From Clostridia bacterium (GTDB taxonomy: Bacteria; Bacillota; Clostridia; Christensenellales; CAG-314): 30,145 nucleotides of DNA. Positions 1 through 8,528 of the stretch are shown piece by piece. Location: NCBI GenBank assembly GCA_035399325.1, contig DAOPIV010000001.1, forward strand, positions 1-30,145, read 5' to 3'. Position 1 is the first letter of the stretch. Each line of letters opens with the position of its first letter. A model generated the notes under the pieces. The model was not told the origin of the DNA, searched no databases, and was given only the letters and a program-made list of their open reading frames with translations. The position numbers and the translations under genes are program-made.

Positions 1-853
1 TGGATTTTACAGTTAGAAAATTAGCTTCATTACTGAACGCATCCGAAACTATATTATCGACTGGCAAAAGCATTTGCACTCCTTTTCCTTTTGCTTGTGC
101 GACAAGTTCTTTTGCCAAATCAAGTTTATCGTTTTCGCATATGCTTTCGCCGATATTGTAACCCAGTGCCTTAAAAAACGTATATGCCATTCCGCCGCCA
201 ATCAGCAAACTGTCGCATTTTCCGATAAGATTTTTAATTACGCCAATTTTGTCGGAAACTTTACTTCCGCCGAGTATTGCCACAAAAGGTCTTACAGGGT
301 TTTCTAAAGCTTTACCCATAATGTCAAGTTCTTTTTGAATCAAAAATCCGCATACATTCGTTTTTGAAAACTTTGCCACACCCGCTGTGGAAGCGTGCGC
401 TCTGTGTGCCGTTCCGAAAGCATCATTTACGTATATGTCGCAGTATGAAGCAAGTTTTTTGGAAAACTCTGGATCATTCGCTTCTTCTTCAGGACAAAAC
501 CTAAGGTTTTCAAGCAGCACTGCTTGTCCGTTTTTTACTTCTTTTACAAGTTTGTCCGCACTTTCGCCCACTACGTCAGACGCCATCAAAACTTCCTGTC
601 CAAGCAGTTCGCTGAGTTTTTTTGCTACGGGTGCAAGAGAATATTTTGGATTTACTTGTCCTTTGGGTCGTCCCAAATGCGACATCAATATAACTTTTGC
701 ATCGTGGCTTAACAAATACTTTATGGTAGGCAAAGTCGCCGTAATGCGGTTGTCATCCGTAATAAACTTATTTTCGTCCAGCGGTACGTTGAAATCTGCT
801 CTTAACAAACACCGTTTGCCTTCGACTGATACATCCGTGATACTTTTTTTCAT
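1..853 (-). CDS. pgk: Phosphoglycerate kinase (3' end truncated by window edge; absent from ORF track)
   Basis: Manual translation from ATG at 853 (RBS GAGGTG): [27 protein letters not shown]...DDNRI...[11 protein letters not shown]...LLENLRF...[15 protein letters not shown]...[19 protein letters not shown]...[11 protein letters not shown], all canonical PGK motifs, open frame to the edge. Confidence 0.98.
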   Translation of the reverse strand, partial: MKKSITDVSVEGKRCLLRADFNVPLDENKFITDDNRITATLPTIKYLLSHDAKVILMSHLGRPKGQVNPKYSLAPVAKKLSELLGQEVLMASDVVGESADKLVKEVKNGQAVLLENLRFCPEEEANDPEFSKKLASYCDIYVNDAFGTAHRAHASTAGVAKFSKTNVCGFLIQKELDIMGKALENPVRPFVAILGGSKVSDKIGVIKNLIGKCDSLLIGGGMAYTFFKALGYNIGESICENDKLDLAKELVAQAKGKGVQMLLPVDNIVSDAFSNEANFLTVKS

Positions 854-895
854 AAAAATTCACCTCTCATTTTGATGATTTTTGCTTTTTGTCAT

Positions 896-1678
896 CTATG
901 TTTTTTTTAATAAGCTATAAAAATATTTGATAAAACCGTAAAATTCCTGTCCCCAACGGCTTTCGTGATTAAGACCCATTGAATCGTGTGTTATTCTTAC
1001 CTTTGCACCCCGTTTTAACATAATCTGTGCCAGATGCGTGGATGTTTTTAGAAAATCTTCATTTTTATCTTTTAAATTGGATTCCATTCCGCCGCAGTAA
1101 ATGTAAAAAGACGGCGACGTTCCCAACTCTATTTCTGAAACAAATTTTTCAAATTTCTTTTTATGTAGACTCGCATTGATGGAAAAAACGCAAATATTCC
1201 CAAAAATATAATTGTATTTTAGCCCTGTATATACCGACTCCATTGCCCCCGTATTCGAGCCTATTATTGCCGTAGCCAAAGCTCGCTCGTCTGTTTTGAA
1301 ATTTCTGTCTATATATGGTTTCAATATTTTTGCCAAAAAATCAGCGTATTCCTGACCGAAATTTATTTTTTCGGTTTCCGCTTTGAAAAAATTTTTCTTT
1401 TGCGTAAGCCATGGGGAAAACTCGTTTGGGTTATCATTCTCCGTTGCAACTACAATAGCTGAAATATTTTCACTGTAATACAACTCGTCCATTGTCTCCG
1501 CAACACGCCAAGAAACTCTGCTTTTTGCGAGATTGTCGTAAAACATATCTTGTCCGTTTTGCATATAAATAACGGGGAAGTTTTCGCCCGAGTCATAGTT
1601 TTCGGGTAAATATATCCATATTTTTTTAGCCTTCTCCAAATATGGTGCATGCATATCAGTGGAAATAATTTTTGACAA
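896..1678 (-). CDS. Alpha/beta hydrolase, putative-esterase family, with degenerate nucleophile motif
   Basis: KIWIYLPENY...FPVIYMQNGQDMF, YADFLAKILKPYIDRNF, AIIGSNTGA, YIYCGGME, HESRW match the layout of the family. Start moved to TTG at 1678 because GGAGG lies 5 nt upstream (track start 1690 sits inside the RBS). Confidence 0.8.
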   Translation of the reverse strand: MSKIISTDMHAPYLEKAKKIWIYLPENYDSGENFPVIYMQNGQDMFYDNLAKSRVSWRVAETMDELYYSENISAIVVATENDNPNEFSPWLTQKKNFFKAETEKINFGQEYADFLAKILKPYIDRNFKTDERALATAIIGSNTGAMESVYTGLKYNYIFGNICVFSINASLHKKKFEKFVSEIELGTSPSFYIYCGGMESNLKDKNEDFLKTSTHLAQIMLKRGAKVRITHDSMGLNHESRWGQEFYGFIKYFYSLLKKT

Positions 1679-1715
1679 GTTTGCCTCCAAAAATCTTGTT
1701 TACGCTTGTTTAATA

Positions 1716-1744
1716 ATTATAGCATTGCGTCTTTTTTCCGTCAA
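1716..1744 (-). promoter_or_regulatory. Sigma-A-type promoter for the hydrolase (and probably pgk)
   Basis: TTGACG-17 nt-TATAAT with extended -10 TG; the -35 overlaps the dusB stop codon. Confidence 0.85.
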
Positions 1745-2673
1745 TTTTTTATCTGCTCTAGAAAAACAGTCAGTTTTTCCGTCATTTCACTAATTTTTTT
1801 ACAATTACATATTTTCACGCAAAAGGCATTGTTAAGAGCCAATCCTTTTACATAATAGCAAATATGTTTTTTCATTTCATTGACAACCACTCTTTCGGGC
1901 AAATATTCGCTCAAAACTGCTATATGTTGCGTAACAGCCGATAAAATATCAAACTCATAAGGTTTGTCAAGTAACTCTGCAAAAATATACGGTCTGCCAA
2001 GACAACCTCTGCCAACAGCTACGGCATAAGCGTTTGTGCGGCGTAGTAATTTGTCATAAGACTGTTTGTCAAATACGTCTCCGTTTGCAACGACGGGTAT
2101 TTTTACTGAGTCAACAACGCTTGCTATCGTATCCCAATCCGCTTTGCCTGAATACATCTGCTTCTGAGTTCTGCCGTGCACGGTTAGCATATCTGCGCCG
2201 GAGCCTTCGCACATTTTTGCAAAATTTACCGCATTTTTGTTGTCGGTAATGCCGATTCTCATTTTTACGGTAACAAATTTTCCGCTTCTTTTGACGGCTT
2301 TGATAATTTCGCTTGCCAAAGAAGGATTTAGTAAAAGGGCGCTGCCGTCACCGTTCCCGATGATTTTTTTCATTGGACAGCCCATATTTATATCTATTAT
2401 ATCAAATTTTTCAAGCTCCTGACTTTGTGCGACTTTTTCAAAAACCTGCTGTTCGTGCCCGAAAAGCTGTACAGCAACAGGGCTTTCATTTTTTGTAGTA
2501 ACCAAAAGTTCCTTTGCTCGCTCGTTATTCATTTCCAGCGATTTTGCCGAGGTCATTTCTGTCACGGTCAGTCCGCAACCGTATTTTTTTGCCAATGCCC
2601 TAAACCCTGCGTCAGTGAAGCCTGCAAGCGGCGCAAGAAAAATTTTGTTTTCAAATAAGTCGGTTATTTTCAT
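1741..2673 (-). CDS. dusB: tRNA-dihydrouridine synthase B
   Basis: LAPLAGFTD, TEMTSAKSL, VQLFG, DINMGCP (catalytic Cys), VTVKMRIG, TVHGRT, VVANGDV, VGRGCLGRP. Confidence 0.95.
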   Translation of the reverse strand: MKITDLFENKIFLAPLAGFTDAGFRALAKKYGCGLTVTEMTSAKSLEMNNERAKELLVTTKNESPVAVQLFGHEQQVFEKVAQSQELEKFDIIDINMGCPMKKIIGNGDGSALLLNPSLASEIIKAVKRSGKFVTVKMRIGITDNKNAVNFAKMCEGSGADMLTVHGRTQKQMYSGKADWDTIASVVDSVKIPVVANGDVFDKQSYDKLLRRTNAYAVAVGRGCLGRPYIFAELLDKPYEFDILSAVTQHIAVLSEYLPERVVVNEMKKHICYYVKGLALNNAFCVKICNCKKISEMTEKLTVFLEQIKN

Positions 2674-2678
2674 TTATT

Positions 2679-3497
2679 TTATAACCCTTTTTCTTTTGCT
2701 TGCTCCCAAAGCTTGTCCATTTCGTCAAGGTTGGAGTTTTCACAATTTTTGCCTTGCGAAAGCAGAGTGTTTTCAATATATTCAAAACGGCGAACAAATT
2801 TGTTGTTCGCTTTATTAAGAGCTATTTCGGGGTCGACTTTTAAAAATCTGCATAGATTAACAACAGCAAAGAGCAAGTCGCCCAACTCGTTTTCTATATT
2901 ATCATTGTCAGCATTTTTTACTTCGTCTATTTCTTCATTTATTTTACCGTATACAGAATCAATTTCCGTCCAGTCAAATCCAACCTTCGCCGCCCGTTTT
3001 TGTGCTTTTTCGGCATACATCAAAGCGGGCATCGACTTCGGGATTTTTTTCATATACTCTGTTGTCGTGGTAATTTTATATTTTTCTATTTTGTTTTTTT
3101 CCCATGTCGCAAGAGCTTGGGTAGCATCCGTTGCTTCATCCAAACCAAAAATATGCGTGTGTCGGGAAATAAGCTTTTCGCAAAGTCCGCTCAAAACATC
3201 ATCAAAACCAAACTCGCCCTTTTCTTCAGCCATTACCGTATGAAAAACGCATTGAAGCAGCAGGTCTCCTATTTCTTCCGTTTGACCCTTCTTGTCGTGA
3301 TTATCTATTGCGTCCACAAGCTCGTATACTTCTTCCACAGCGTTTGCCCGTATGCTTTCGCTTGTTTGCGCCTTGTCCCAAGGGCAGCCGTTTTCGCCAC
3401 GCAATATTCGCATTATCGAAACAACGTCTTCGAAATTATATTTTTCTTTTTTTATCAAGCTTTTGATATTTTCATTCAAGCTGTCTTTCAGTTCCAT
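2679..3497 (-). CDS. mazG: Nucleoside triphosphate pyrophosphohydrolase MazG (tandem MazG domains)
   Basis: LRGENGCPWDKAQT, EEVYELVDAI, EEIGDLLLQ, KLISRHTHIF, KRAAKVGFDW, ELGDLLFAVVN, KFVRRF; GAGG RBS. Confidence 0.95.
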   Translation of the reverse strand: MELKDSLNENIKSLIKKEKYNFEDVVSIMRILRGENGCPWDKAQTSESIRANAVEEVYELVDAIDNHDKKGQTEEIGDLLLQCVFHTVMAEEKGEFGFDDVLSGLCEKLISRHTHIFGLDEATDATQALATWEKNKIEKYKITTTTEYMKKIPKSMPALMYAEKAQKRAAKVGFDWTEIDSVYGKINEEIDEVKNADNDNIENELGDLLFAVVNLCRFLKVDPEIALNKANNKFVRRFEYIENTLLSQGKNCENSNLDEMDKLWEQAKEKGL

Positions 3498-5055
3498 TAG
3501 TTTTTCCTCTTCTTCTGATGATTTTATTGATTTCGCCGTCTGTAAAAATTTTTAACTCATACACCATACAAAAATATATTGCCACACAAAGCGCAATGGC
3601 AACAAGGGTGCCAACCCAAGTCGTGACAAACTGCGATGCGCCTATTGTCAAAGCAAGTAAACCCAAAAGCATAACGACAGTGCAGGCGAGCGGTTTTAGA
3701 ATACTGCAGACAAAATCTATTTTCAAATTTTGTTTCACCGCAAGGTAAATTATACCACTTGTCGCCGCAAAAAGATAGCACATAGACTCTGATATGGCGG
3801 CACCGTAGATATTTACGTTTTCCATAGGAAGAAAAATAAGATTGAATGTAAATTTTGCCGCAACACCGCCTATAAGCAGCAAAACCGGCACATAGGGTTT
3901 CCCCAATGCTTGACATGTAGCTATGATTGTCTGCAAAATGCTAAGGAAAATAATTGAAACCGCCGACGCAGTCAATAAATTTGCGGCTATATCGATTTCC
4001 GCTATGGGCAAAGAGCCATAAAGAAGAGATATGATAGGTTTCGCCAAGACAGCTACACCGATTGCACTTGGCAATGCTAGTAAGACAGTCAGCTTGAAAG
4101 CTTGGTTAAATTTTTCATTGATAACAGCGTTATCGCCGCAAGCGCACGAGCGTGAAATTGACGGCAACGCAGAAACCGCAACCCCTGCGGTAAGCGTTAC
4201 GGGGAGTCCCAAAAGCGAATTTACGGGTCCCGTCCAAAGCCCATAGAGATTTGTCGGATTTTGAGCGTTTACTAAGTTTACAACCATAACGCTGTCTAAT
4301 AGCTGTGTTGTTTGCATTATAAATCCGCCCAGTACCACAGGCAACGCAAGCGATAGGATTCGGCGTTTTTCTAACGCTTCATTATTCGTATAAGAAATTT
4401 GGGGTAGTCTATTTCCACGAAAAGCGTAAAAAATTATCACTATGCAAAGCGACACAAATTCTCCCACAGTAATGGCTATTACTGCGCCAAAGACTGCTTT
4501 CGTGACATCTGGCAAAAATAATTGCGCCAAAAAAAGTCCTACCGCAAGCTTAACAATTTGTTCTCCAACTTGCGAAACCGATACGGGCAGCATATTCATA
4601 TTGCCTTGATAAAATCCACGAAAGCCCGAAGTCACCGTTATAAATAAAATGCTGGGGGAAACAATCCTGTAGGCTGTTGCGATTTCGGGGTTCCCTTGCC
4701 ACGCCGCCAAAGGTTCACTAAGTGTAAATAGCAAGAGACTGCCCAAAGCACCAAATACAAACAGCAAAAAAAGTGAAAAATAAAAGACCTTTTTACTTTG
4801 GTCTATTCTGTTTTTTTGATTATATTCCGAAACGAGCTTTGACACAGCTATGGGTATGCCTGCTGTGGCAAGCGTCATAATTAGTATATACGGCGGGAAA
4901 ATAAGCTGGTACTGACCCATTCCAAAACTGCCAATTAAATTTGTGAGCGGTATTCGGTAAATCGCTCCCAATAGTTTTGAAATAAGTCCGCCGATACTTA
5001 CTATCAATGCGCTTGCCAAAAAGCTGTTGTGTTGCGTTTGATTTTTTGACTTCAT
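3472..5055 (-). CDS. SpoVB/YabM-family polysaccharide biosynthesis protein (MOP superfamily flippase)
   Basis: ISKLLGAIYRIPL, AGIPIAVSKLVSE, FRGFYQG, SQVGEQIVKL, many TM segments; sits between spoVT and mazG like yabM. Start placed at ATG 5055 (MKSKNQ) because the track start lies in a terminator. Confidence 0.88.
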   Translation of the reverse strand: MKSKNQTQHNSFLASALIVSIGGLISKLLGAIYRIPLTNLIGSFGMGQYQLIFPPYILIMTLATAGIPIAVSKLVSEYNQKNRIDQSKKVFYFSLFLLFVFGALGSLLLFTLSEPLAAWQGNPEIATAYRIVSPSILFITVTSGFRGFYQGNMNMLPVSVSQVGEQIVKLAVGLFLAQLFLPDVTKAVFGAVIAITVGEFVSLCIVIIFYAFRGNRLPQISYTNNEALEKRRILSLALPVVLGGFIMQTTQLLDSVMVVNLVNAQNPTNLYGLWTGPVNSLLGLPVTLTAGVAVSALPSISRSCACGDNAVINEKFNQAFKLTVLLALPSAIGVAVLAKPIISLLYGSLPIAEIDIAANLLTASAVSIIFLSILQTIIATCQALGKPYVPVLLLIGGVAAKFTFNLIFLPMENVNIYGAAISESMCYLFAATSGIIYLAVKQNLKIDFVCSILKPLACTVVMLLGLLALTIGASQFVTTWVGTLVAIALCVAIYFCMVYELKIFTDGEINKIIRRRGKTNGTERQLE

Positions 5056-5081
5056 AATATTAGTGTATGTAAAAATGCTCC

Positions 5082-5120
5082 AAAAAAACAACGCTTGTCG
5101 ACATTAAGACGACAAGCGTT
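5082..5120 (-). terminator. Intrinsic terminator after spoVT
   Basis: Perfect 11-bp inverted repeat AACGCTTGTCG/CGACAAGCGTT followed by GTTTTTTT on the minus strand. Confidence 0.85.
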
Positions 5121-5154
5121 TAAACTTTGCTTTTTTTAATTCATTAAACTATTC

Positions 5155-5628
5155 TTAGTTTTCGTAATACGATGCGACCAAATCCGCCGCAAAGTTTGAC
5201 AGCTCTTTTGCTGTCTGCGATTCGTCAAGCACAACGATGTTACCAACCAAATCACCGCCCGAAATAATCGGTGTCACGATACCGTTTTTGCGTCCGCTTT
5301 TGGTCTGTATGCTTGCATTGTATTGTACCCTCTTTTCGGGGTCAAAATTTTCTTGGTCTAGTTCTTCTTTTCCGCTTTCTGCAAAAATTTCTCCGTCGCT
5401 CACAAAATATACCGCTGTATCGAGACGGCTTGATAATGTTTTTGCCAGTGCATAAACTGTTTCATTGACCACAGATAGCTGGTTGTATTTTTTCAATACC
5501 AAATTATCGCCTGACACACAAAATTCCAGCATACTACCCTCTGCAAGTCGCATAGAGCTGCGTATTTCTTTTGGTACTACTATTCTGCCAAGTTCGTCTA
5601 TTCTTCTCACTATTCCCGTTTCGTTCAT
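5155..5628 (-). CDS. spoVT: Stage V sporulation protein T-like regulator (AbrB N-terminal domain + shortened GAF-like domain)
   Basis: MNETGIVRRIDELGRIVVPKEIRSSMRLAEG, LKKY, C-terminal VTPIISGGDLVGNIV; conserved position downstream of mfd/prsA. Confidence 0.85.
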   Translation of the reverse strand: MNETGIVRRIDELGRIVVPKEIRSSMRLAEGSMLEFCVSGDNLVLKKYNQLSVVNETVYALAKTLSSRLDTAVYFVSDGEIFAESGKEELDQENFDPEKRVQYNASIQTKSGRKNGIVTPIISGGDLVGNIVVLDESQTAKELSNFAADLVASYYEN

Positions 5629-5810
5629 AAAAACTCCCTTTTTGCGGGAAATAAAAAAATCCCGTTTTACTTTTATTTCATTGTTATTATTTGTAAAAAG
5701 AGATTTTTTATTTGTATTTTGTCATTGAATTTTTTTGAAAATCTATAAATATTTTGGTTAATTTTTTATTGTTTGACTTTTTAAAAATTAAATGGGTAAA
5801 TAAATTTTGT

Positions 5811-6569
5811 CTACCATTTTGACGCTTCAGGCAAACAATGCATATGTGCCGCCGCAAGCACACGGTATCCGTCCGAACGGCACGAAAAATGTCTTAACCC
5901 AATACCAATTTCCCTTAGTTTAAAATACATTTCCAAAGTATCTAGATCAGTTTGACTAAATTGAGAAGCAAAAAGTGTCAGACATTCTTTTCTTTTTTGA
6001 GTGTATTTGCTTATATTTACAAAAGAATTTGGTTTATCTGTAAAATACAAAGCTACAGCTTTTACACTGTGAACAGTGTCTTTCCCAAAGCTTTTTGTCC
6101 ATCCGCAAAATCCGCTCATCATTACCGCATTTATTGCCGCCTCTCCAACTTTTAAATGGTCTGAGTGACATTCTGAGCGGGTTTTGAAATCGGGCGCAAA
6201 CACAATATCTGGTTTTGTTCTCAGTATTTGCTCGCCTATCGCTTTTGCTACACTATCAACATCATATGGACCGCCGTCGGGAAAACCAAGAAATTTTACG
6301 TCTGTTACGCCAAGATGTTGGGCGGATTTGATTGCTTCCACTTCACGTATTTTCACAAGTTTGTCGCCGAATAGTTCGGGGTCGGTCGTGCCTAGCCTTC
6401 CGTCAGTAGCTATGACAAAAGAAATTTTTTTACCTTTTTCTATCAATTTCGTAATCAAAGGAGCGCATCCCACTTCAATGTCGTCAGGATGCGGACCAAT
6501 AAATAAGTAAGATTCAAAACTTTCTATTTTTGGAACAGGTACAAATTTTTTTAAAATATTTTCATACAT
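5811..6569 (-). CDS. PIG-L/LmbE-family deacetylase
   Basis: IGPHPDDIEVG, IATDGRLG, REVEAIKSAQHLG, FLGFPDG, HSDH metal-binding motifs; GGGAG RBS. Confidence 0.9.
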   Translation of the reverse strand: MYENILKKFVPVPKIESFESYLFIGPHPDDIEVGCAPLITKLIEKGKKISFVIATDGRLGTTDPELFGDKLVKIREVEAIKSAQHLGVTDVKFLGFPDGGPYDVDSVAKAIGEQILRTKPDIVFAPDFKTRSECHSDHLKVGEAAINAVMMSGFCGWTKSFGKDTVHSVKAVALYFTDKPNSFVNISKYTQKRKECLTLFASQFSQTDLDTLEMYFKLREIGIGLRHFSCRSDGYRVLAAAHMHCLPEASKW

Positions 6570-6583
6570 AACTAAAAGCTCCC

Positions 6584-6619
6584 AAAAAAAACAAAAGCCG
6601 CTTTTTATTTAAGCGGCTT
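6584..6619 (-). terminator. Intrinsic terminator after the PrsA-like gene
   Basis: AAGCCGCTT/AAGCGGCTT 9-bp stem, 7-nt loop, then TTGTTTTTTTT on the minus strand. Confidence 0.8.
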
Positions 6620-6629
6620 ATTTTTGTAA

Positions 6630-8378
6630 TTAGTCAATTTCGATTTCCCAACCGTTGGTTTCCAAAAAGTCTTTCAAAGCCTTTGTCGTTGTGATTTTGG
6701 CATTTTCTTTGATGTTGGAAACTTTATCGGTTACATATCCATTTATTACTTTGTCGTAATACATTGAATAGAATGCATATTCTTTTGTACTGGTGTCGAA
6801 GATATTTTCCATTGTAAAGTTAAACGTTTGTTCCTGAACTGTTGCGGTGTAATAAATGATATGAACGCCATATGCGCTTACCGCAAGGCTTGTTCCACCC
6901 ACTCCCTTTGAGTAAGCTTCTTTTGCGCCGGTTACAAATTCGGTTACCCATTTTGCCGTATAGCTTGTGGGAGCGTTTACTCTTACAACATAGTCGTAAT
7001 CAGCGTCGAACTGTGCGGTGTCGGTATTGTACTTATACATAAGGTTTTCAAAATCCGCCGCCTGGTTTATATTATTCATCGCATTGTCCAAAACGGAATC
7101 TTCCACTATTTTCAACTTGCCGTCCACTGCGTCATAATAAAAAACATTTTGAGTAACTTCGCCAGTGATAAAGTTTTCCAAGACTATTTGTGATGCATAT
7201 TCTTCTCTGAAATCTATATACGCTTGGGTGGTTTCACCAAGTTCAGTTGCTTTTTCCTCTAGATATTCGATTTGTTCTTCGCTAAAAGGCACAAGACAGT
7301 TTTTGACATAGATATACTTGCCTTCATATTCTGCCGGAATTGTGTAGATGAAGGAAGTGTTTGAAAGTGCTTCAACAAGAGTTTCGTATGCTGTGGGATT
7401 TAGTATATAATTTTCTTCTGTTGTGGTTTTGGTTACTTGGTAATATTGTTCCAAATTTGCAAGGAGTGCAGTAGGATCAGATTCTGCGTAAATTTTAAAT
7501 ATTTTTGCAGCTACTGTGCTTATTAGACGACTGTACATATAAGCCTCAATTTCATAAGTTACACAGTCGTCAAGATTGAGCCCGTATTCACTAAATACTG
7601 TTTCTTTGGTGGAAGCTACCGCTTTCTTCTGATATTGCACATATTCTTCAGCAGTCAAAGCAGTCTGACCTTCAGCAAGAGTAATACGAGCGTTTAGCTC
7701 CGCTACTTTTTGCGTCAGTGATTCAGCGCTAAGGTCGGTGTAAATATAACCCTCTGCATTTGTAAGATATTGCTGGTCAAGTCCGCCTGCGGTCTGAGCC
7801 AAGTAGGCTTCTATTTCCGCTTCGTCCGTTATCTCTGTTTTTATATCCAAAATGGAAGAAATATTTTGATATACAGGAGCAGTTCTATTGACTTCCGTCG
7901 TATCCGAAGCGGTTGCCAAAGTATAGCCGTCAGCTTTCAAAGCATCTTCTATTGCAGAATCATAGCTTTCGAACAATGTTTTTTTGATGCTTTTGAAAAT
8001 ATATGTCATTTCGTCGGCAGTAAGGTATTTTGCATTTTTGTAATTACTAAACTCGTGGTTGTATACCAAACCTTCGCTTTCCGCCAATTCTTTGTAATAC
8101 GAAAGCATTATACGACTGTTTACCAAAGAGCTGTAGGTCATTTGTGCGATATCGTCATAGGTGTAGTACCCATAATAAATATAATAATAATATTGATAAT
8201 ACAGAGCGTTATAAGTGTCATAAAATTCGCCCAGAGTAATGTCTTCGCCATTGACTGTTGCCACAACTTGTGCGCGGGTTTCCGCTGTGTTTTGCGTAAA
8301 TAACTTACAGCCCGCAAAAGCTGTAAGACAGATTACAACAACCAAAATCAATGCGATAAATCTTTTTGTCCTTGCCAT
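6630..8378 (-). CDS. Large PrsA/SurA-like lipoprotein foldase (SurA N-terminal domain + degenerate parvulin domain)
   Basis: Lipobox LTAFAGC, VVATVNGEDIT, C-terminal WVTEFVTGAKEAY...SAYGVHIIY resembling the rotamase motif; occupies the prsA position after mfd; AGGAG RBS. Confidence 0.7.
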   Translation of the reverse strand: MARTKRFIALILVVVICLTAFAGCKLFTQNTAETRAQVVATVNGEDITLGEFYDTYNALYYQYYYYIYYGYYTYDDIAQMTYSSLVNSRIMLSYYKELAESEGLVYNHEFSNYKNAKYLTADEMTYIFKSIKKTLFESYDSAIEDALKADGYTLATASDTTEVNRTAPVYQNISSILDIKTEITDEAEIEAYLAQTAGGLDQQYLTNAEGYIYTDLSAESLTQKVAELNARITLAEGQTALTAEEYVQYQKKAVASTKETVFSEYGLNLDDCVTYEIEAYMYSRLISTVAAKIFKIYAESDPTALLANLEQYYQVTKTTTEENYILNPTAYETLVEALSNTSFIYTIPAEYEGKYIYVKNCLVPFSEEQIEYLEEKATELGETTQAYIDFREEYASQIVLENFITGEVTQNVFYYDAVDGKLKIVEDSVLDNAMNNINQAADFENLMYKYNTDTAQFDADYDYVVRVNAPTSYTAKWVTEFVTGAKEAYSKGVGGTSLAVSAYGVHIIYYTATVQEQTFNFTMENIFDTSTKEYAFYSMYYDKVINGYVTDKVSNIKENAKITTTKALKDFLETNGWEIEID

Positions 8379-8473
8379 TTTGTATTTTCTCCTGTTTTTG
8401 TAAAACGGCGCATGCGCCGATATTATTAAATAAAATCTTGGCGGTCGATTTTTAGCCTTGACCGCTAATGGCT

Positions 8474-8502
8474 ATTATACTAAAATTTCACCGTCTTTGC
8501 AA
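8474..8502 (-). promoter_or_regulatory. Sigma-A-type promoter for the PrsA-like gene
   Basis: TTGCAA-17 nt-TATAAT. Confidence 0.8.
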
Positions 8503-8528
8503 TGCTTTATACAAGAAATTTTGTTTTT

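Noticed and set aside
74-875. Plus-strand ORFs 74..307, 387..875, 524..712
   Set aside because: Antisense shadows of pgk, with no motifs or RBS.
5685-5713. Sigma-G-like promoter for spoVT (AAATA-17-AATAATA)
   Set aside because: Fits expectation, but it is almost all A/T in an A/T-rich spacer and cannot be distinguished from chance.
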